A stretch of 63,739 nt of DNA, the filler included, from an uncultured Methanosarcinales archaeon (GTDB taxonomy: Archaea; Nanobdellota; Nanobdellia; Woesearchaeales; JABMPP01), in NCBI GenBank assembly GCA_964604995.1. It is 3 parts of 3 records of this genome, joined end to end, with 100 filler letters (N's around TTAATTAATTAA, not from the genome) between each part and the next. Parts side by side here need not be neighbours in the genome. Positions count along the whole stretch, not along the records: positions 51,680 to 63,739 come from CAZSAD010000039.1; 2 more parts are not named here. One strand, 5' to 3'. The stretch's first letter is position 1. The number at the start of each line of letters is the position of its first letter. The notes beneath the pieces are model-generated. The model worked only from the letters and a program-made list of their open reading frames with translations, was not told where the DNA came from and searched no databases. A program made the translations under genes and the position numbers. Shown here in pieces: positions 59,524-63,739 of this stretch.

Positions 59524-60685
59524 TTTGTATTCCTTCTTTTTCAAGACCATCTTTTATTCCAAGATTTACTTCATTTGTTACTTCTGGAAGATTCAGTATA
59601 TCTTTGCAGAACCAAACAACTTCTATCATCAAGGAGAAATCACCAAATGTCTTAAAACTAGTTCTGCAGTTTCCATCAGTTCCTTTGGTTGTTTTAACAA
59701 CTTCTTTTATTATTTCTTGGGCTTGTCTAATTTTTTGTGTTGAGGTATTATAAGTTAATCCAATATTTAATAATACTCTTCTTGGTATTTGTGATTCTGG
59801 TATTGCAGTTTGAATCTCATCTTTGTTTTCTCCTTTATGAGATTTTTTACCATCTGATTTTGCATTTACACTTCCTTCACTTTTTGGTGTTACATAAATT
59901 TGATCTCTTGTAAGATTTTCAAGTGGCTGTGCCGATACCATTTGATTTGGAATAGAAACATAAGTTCCTTCTAATGTTCTAATTTTGGTACTTCTCATGC
60001 CAATTTCTGTAACTGTCCCATCAAATCTGTCCATTCTTATTCTATCTCCTATTTTGAAAGGTTTATCCCAAATGATGTTCAATCCACCAAATATATTACC
60101 CAGCATGGATTGGGCAGCAAGTGCAATTGCAAGTCCACCTATTCCAAGACCAGTAATAAGGGAAGTTACATTGTAGCCAAGCTGGCTTATTATCATTATA
60201 ATTAAAATTACAATTACAAATACTTTTATGAATTTTCTAATAAAAGGGACTAAATGATCATCAAGATCGGATTCAGTTTTTTGGGTATAAGGTATCCAAT
60301 ATTGAACAATTACTTGATCTAAAAATGAAACTATAAACCATCCAACAGATATGTTAAATAAAATCTTTACGCCTTTAATCATAAAAGATTCAACTGGAAG
60401 AGTAAATGTTAAATATTTTATTCCGGCAAAAATTCCCCATACACAAATAAACATCACAAGTGGACCATCAATTGAATTTACAAGAACATCATCTAATTTT
60501 GTTTCAGTTTTATTAGCCATTCTTCTTAGATATCCTTTAACTATCCAAGAAGTTATTTTACCAACAACAAATGCAGCTAAGACTATTCCAAATGCTAATA
60601 AATATTGTTGAATGGTGTTATCAAAATAAGTATTTTGTAAAATTTCGTTTATTATTGTTAAATCCATAAAAATATTGTTTGTCAC
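59483..60685 (-). CDS. mscS: Small-conductance mechanosensitive channel
   Basis: GLGIGGLAIALAAQ, KPFKIGD, GTVTEIGMRST, IPN, AFPTRT. Confidence 0.93.
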   Translation of the reverse strand: MTNNIFMDLTIINEILQNTYFDNTIQQYLLAFGIVLAAFVVGKITSWIVKGYLRRMANKTETKLDDVLVNSIDGPLVMFICVWGIFAGIKYLTFTLPVESFMIKGVKILFNISVGWFIVSFLDQVIVQYWIPYTQKTESDLDDHLVPFIRKFIKVFVIVILIIMIISQLGYNVTSLITGLGIGGLAIALAAQSMLGNIFGGLNIIWDKPFKIGDRIRMDRFDGTVTEIGMRSTKIRTLEGTYVSIPNQMVSAQPLENLTRDQIYVTPKSEGSVNAKSDGKKSHKGENKDEIQTAIPESQIPRRVLLNIGLTYNTSTQKIRQAQEIIKEVVKTTKGTDGNCRTSFKTFGDFSLMIEVVWFCKDILNLPEVTNEVNLGIKDGLEKEGIQMAFPTRTLYMKNS

Positions 60686-60805
60686 CTAATATTTAAAGCT
60701 TCACTCTATTTTTAAGATTTTTTTATAGTAGTAATTATGTTACTATTCTAAAGTAGCTATACTTTGCAAAGCTTTATAAATAACAGGTATTTACACTACT
60801 TTACA

Positions 60806-61627
60806 ATGATAGTTCAAAAAGAATTTTTAAACAAACTCAAACAATTTGGTTTGAATAGCTACGAAGTAAAGATTTGGGTCGCACTGTTATCAAGAGGAAT
60901 CTCTACTGCTGGTGAATTGGCTGATATTAGCAATGTACCAAGAAGCAGAAGTTATGATGTCCTTGAAAGTTTAGAAAAAAAAGGATTTATCATAATGAAA
61001 GTTGGAAAGCCAATAAAATATATCGCAGTTACACCTTCTGAAGTTCTTGAAAGAGTTAAAAAAAGAATTGAAGAAGATGCAAAATCCTCAATAAAAGCAA
61101 TGGATAATCTAAGGGAAAGTGATATTCTATCTGAATTAAATGCACTTCATGGACAAGGCGCAGAACTTGTTGAACCAACTGATTTATCTGGAAGCTTAAA
61201 GGGCAGAGGAAATGTTTACAATCAAATGGAAAGCATGATTAAAGCAGCTGAGAAAAGTATTATCATAATGACCACAACTGAAGGTTTAATTAGAAAATAC
61301 GATAATTTTAAAGTTCATTTAGAAAAAGCTGCTAAAAGAGGAGTTGACATTAAAATTGCAGCTCCAATTGCACCTGAAACTGATAAGATTGCAAAAGAAC
61401 TTTCAAGATTTGCTAAAATAAAGCATGTTGAAAAAGTTGATGCAAGATTTTGTTTAGTTGATGGAAGTCAGTTAGCATTTATGCTTTCTAATGAAAACAT
61501 TGATCCTAGTTACGATTCTGGTCTTTGGGTTAATACTGATGCATTTTCAAGAGCATTAGAAACCATGTTTAACGAAACTTGGAACTCAACTAAAATCAAA
61601 GAAATAAAAGTTGATTTTAAAAAATAA
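60806..61627 (+). CDS. TrmB-family transcriptional regulator
   Basis: GLNSYEVK..ALL...TAGELADISNVPRSRSYDVLESLEKKG; PLD-like sensor C-domain. Confidence 0.92.
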   Translation: MIVQKEFLNKLKQFGLNSYEVKIWVALLSRGISTAGELADISNVPRSRSYDVLESLEKKGFIIMKVGKPIKYIAVTPSEVLERVKKRIEEDAKSSIKAMDNLRESDILSELNALHGQGAELVEPTDLSGSLKGRGNVYNQMESMIKAAEKSIIIMTTTEGLIRKYDNFKVHLEKAAKRGVDIKIAAPIAPETDKIAKELSRFAKIKHVEKVDARFCLVDGSQLAFMLSNENIDPSYDSGLWVNTDAFSRALETMFNETWNSTKIKEIKVDFKK

Positions 61628-61725
61628 ATATTTTTACTTTATTTTTATTCTAGTTTAATTCAAATTATGATCATTTTTATATAACCTCACTTTGCATAAA
61701 AATATTAAATATTTTGGGTGGTAAA

Positions 61726-62118
61726 ATGACAGTTGGTAAAATAATAAATGATGGAGATATAATGAATTCTTATAATAGTGCAAAAGCAGTTTTAAATTGT
61801 TTTGCAGCTCATTATACTAGCGAAGGAAAATCTGAAAATACACTAAAAGATACTATTGTAAAATCAGACAAACTCCTTTTAGATATTAATCATTTATACA
61901 ATCAAACAATTCTTCTTGGGAATGATAATATTGAAGTTGTCAAAGGTTATCACAACTTATTGGAAAATTATGGTACTTTTAAAGATGAAATAAAAGAAGA
62001 TAGCTTGTTAACTGGAACTTACAGTTTAGATCTAGCAGTTAAAACAATTTTGAATACATTACAAACAAAGATTATAACAGTTGAAAATGAATTAATACCT
62101 AAAGAAAAAATAGTTTAA
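61726..62118 (+). CDS. Hypothetical helical protein
   Basis: SD GGGTGG before the ATG at 61726. Confidence 0.6.
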   Translation: MTVGKIINDGDIMNSYNSAKAVLNCFAAHYTSEGKSENTLKDTIVKSDKLLLDINHLYNQTILLGNDNIEVVKGYHNLLENYGTFKDEIKEDSLLTGTYSLDLAVKTILNTLQTKIITVENELIPKEKIV

Positions 62119-62894
62119 TTCTTTATTTTATTTTTTTTATTTTCTGGTAGAACTTGGATATTTATTGATTTTAAAAGTTCATCTAAGTATTCTCCTTTTA
62201 ATGCATTTTTATTAGTCAACAAATATCCCCCCCAATCATGTTTAGTTAACTCTGATGCAAGCTCGTACCATCCATGTTGATTTGCTAATTCCACATATTT
62301 TCGTATTTCTTTTGGATTCACATATTCTTTTTTAGCATCCATGCTTTTTTTATAACCTAATGTGTGTAAATTATGTAATCTATCACAAATAAGAATTAGC
62401 CCTACAGCAGGATTAGTTTCTCCAATTAGAAAAACATCATTTTCTCCAAAAGTTCTATGTTTCTTATCCATTATTGTTGCAATCAAAGAAACGTGTGTTC
62501 CATAAGGTTCATCTAAATATTTCTCTAAAATTTCTCGTGTTACTTTATTGTCTTCTTTGCTATCATGCAAAAGAGCACTGGCTATTGCAAGTGACTGGTC
62601 TTTTTCAGGAAGTAAATAAGAATATTTTATAACAAGTTGTGTAACTGGGACTAAATGGTTTTCAAAATAATCTTCTCCAGATTCGCGCTTATCTCCTTCA
62701 TGAACTTGTTTTGCTAAATTATAACTGGATGCAATTAATTCATTATTTTCTAAAGCTTCATCAATTGAGTTATATAATTTGGGATATTGAATTGAAGTTT
62801 TTTGAGATAGACTAATGCGTAATTGTTCATTATTGTGGTTTCTATTAAATTTGTCTATATCAGATAGTCTAACATCTAAATTGCTATTGTTCAT
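62115..62894 (-). CDS. HD-domain protein, RelA/SpoT-hydrolase (Mesh1/SAH)-like
   Basis: AKQVHEGDKRESGEDYFENHL..V, ALLHDSKED, DRLHNLHTL. Confidence 0.82.
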   Translation of the reverse strand: MNNSNLDVRLSDIDKFNRNHNNEQLRISLSQKTSIQYPKLYNSIDEALENNELIASSYNLAKQVHEGDKRESGEDYFENHLVPVTQLVIKYSYLLPEKDQSLAIASALLHDSKEDNKVTREILEKYLDEPYGTHVSLIATIMDKKHRTFGENDVFLIGETNPAVGLILICDRLHNLHTLGYKKSMDAKKEYVNPKEIRKYVELANQHGWYELASELTKHDWGGYLLTNKNALKGEYLDELLKSINIQVLPENKKNKIKN

Positions 62895-62969
62895 ATGTAA
62901 TTTACTAAGAATTACTAAAATAAAAAGATTAACTATTTAACAAATTTAAAAAAAGAGTTACTTATTAAT

Positions 62970-63719
62970 TTAGATACTATTAAATCTATTTGGAACTTTT
63001 ACAGATTGGTATTTCGGCAATCCTTCTCCTTTAAGTGGCGGATTACCATTTATTACATATTCCATCCAAGGTTTATCTAATTCTTTTACAATATCATCAA
63101 AGCCATGTATCTTTGCAATTTCAATATATTTGTCTACATTAACTACAAAATTCTTTTTTTTGTTTAAATCTTTAAAATACCCCACTGTGTGAAGATTTTG
63201 TAATTTATCCAATACGAGTAAAAGTCCTATAATTCTATTTTTTTTACCAACATACAATGCATCTTCCTCAGTTCTCGGGAAGTTTTTCTTATCCATAACA
63301 ACCGCTATTGTGCTCAAATTAAGTGTATCTAAATTGTAAATATCATCCAAATATTCTTTTATCATATTTTTTGTTCTTTTATGATCTTCTTTTATATCAT
63401 GTACAAAAGCGCCAGCTATTGCACTTTCTTGTTCTTTTGGAGTTAAATAATAAGAATATTTTACGATTAAATGTGCAACTATTTCACAATGACCTTCAAA
63501 ATAAGGTTCACCAGAATCTCTTTTGTCGTTTTTATGGGCCATTTGTCCAAATCTATATGCATCAGCAATCATCTCACTTTTGTCAATTGCTTCTTGAAGA
63601 CTAGAATATAATGGTTTATGATGTTTATTATTTTTATTAATTGTTTCATTATTCTTTCTAACTTTATCTTCATTTAATTTACTATCTGGACTTTTTATTA
63701 TTCTTTCTAAGTTTGACAT
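62970..63719 (-). CDS. HD-domain protein, RelA/SpoT-hydrolase (Mesh1/SAH)-like, paralog of its neighbour
   Basis: AHKNDKRDSGEPYFEGH..V, FVHDIKED, DKLQNLHT. Confidence 0.82.
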   Translation of the reverse strand: MSNLERIIKSPDSKLNEDKVRKNNETINKNNKHHKPLYSSLQEAIDKSEMIADAYRFGQMAHKNDKRDSGEPYFEGHCEIVAHLIVKYSYYLTPKEQESAIAGAFVHDIKEDHKRTKNMIKEYLDDIYNLDTLNLSTIAVVMDKKNFPRTEEDALYVGKKNRIIGLLLVLDKLQNLHTVGYFKDLNKKKNFVVNVDKYIEIAKIHGFDDIVKELDKPWMEYVINGNPPLKGEGLPKYQSVKVPNRFNSI

Positions 63720-63739
63720 TAGTCCTCAGACAATAGTAA

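Overview
AT-rich archaeal sequence, most consistent with a DPANN archaeon such as Woesearchaeota. The evidence is archaeal rpl1-rpl10(P0)-rpl12, RpoL, PAC2, TrmB, KaiC-like and COG1340-like genes, BRE/TATA promoters with many leaderless starts, and GGTGA/GGAGG Shine-Dalgarno sites. Two artificial 100-nt spacers (N44-TTAATTAATTAA-N44 at 27171-27270 and 51580-51679) split the window into three contigs, so gene adjacency across them is not biological evidence. Contig 1 holds a ~12 kb block of large helical or membrane hypothetical genes, PAC2, two HTH genes embedded in ~1.4 kb of repeat-bearing non-coding DNA, METTL5, rpoL, a 1665-aa membrane protein with a GrpE-like domain and three copies of an uncharacterised domain, a LysM protein and the L1-L10-L12 operon. 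Contig 2 holds a bacterial-type oxidative pentose phosphate operon (gnd-pgl-zwf), a beta-propeller/KaiC pair, a cytochrome b5 lipoprotein, a group 3b [NiFe]-hydrogenase cluster with an atypical maturation set (HypA, His-less HypC, DUF6390-like protein with a HypC-like domain, protease; no HypB/D/E/F here) and pta-ackA. Contig 3 holds CDF, Lrp, an RNase Z-like hydrolase, a PyrD-PyrK fusion, NUDIX, mscS with a duplicated 3' end flanking a hairpin element, TrmB and two tandem SpoT/Mesh1-like HD hydrolases. No rRNA, tRNA, CRISPR array or transposase was recognised. All family calls come from motif recognition, not database searches.
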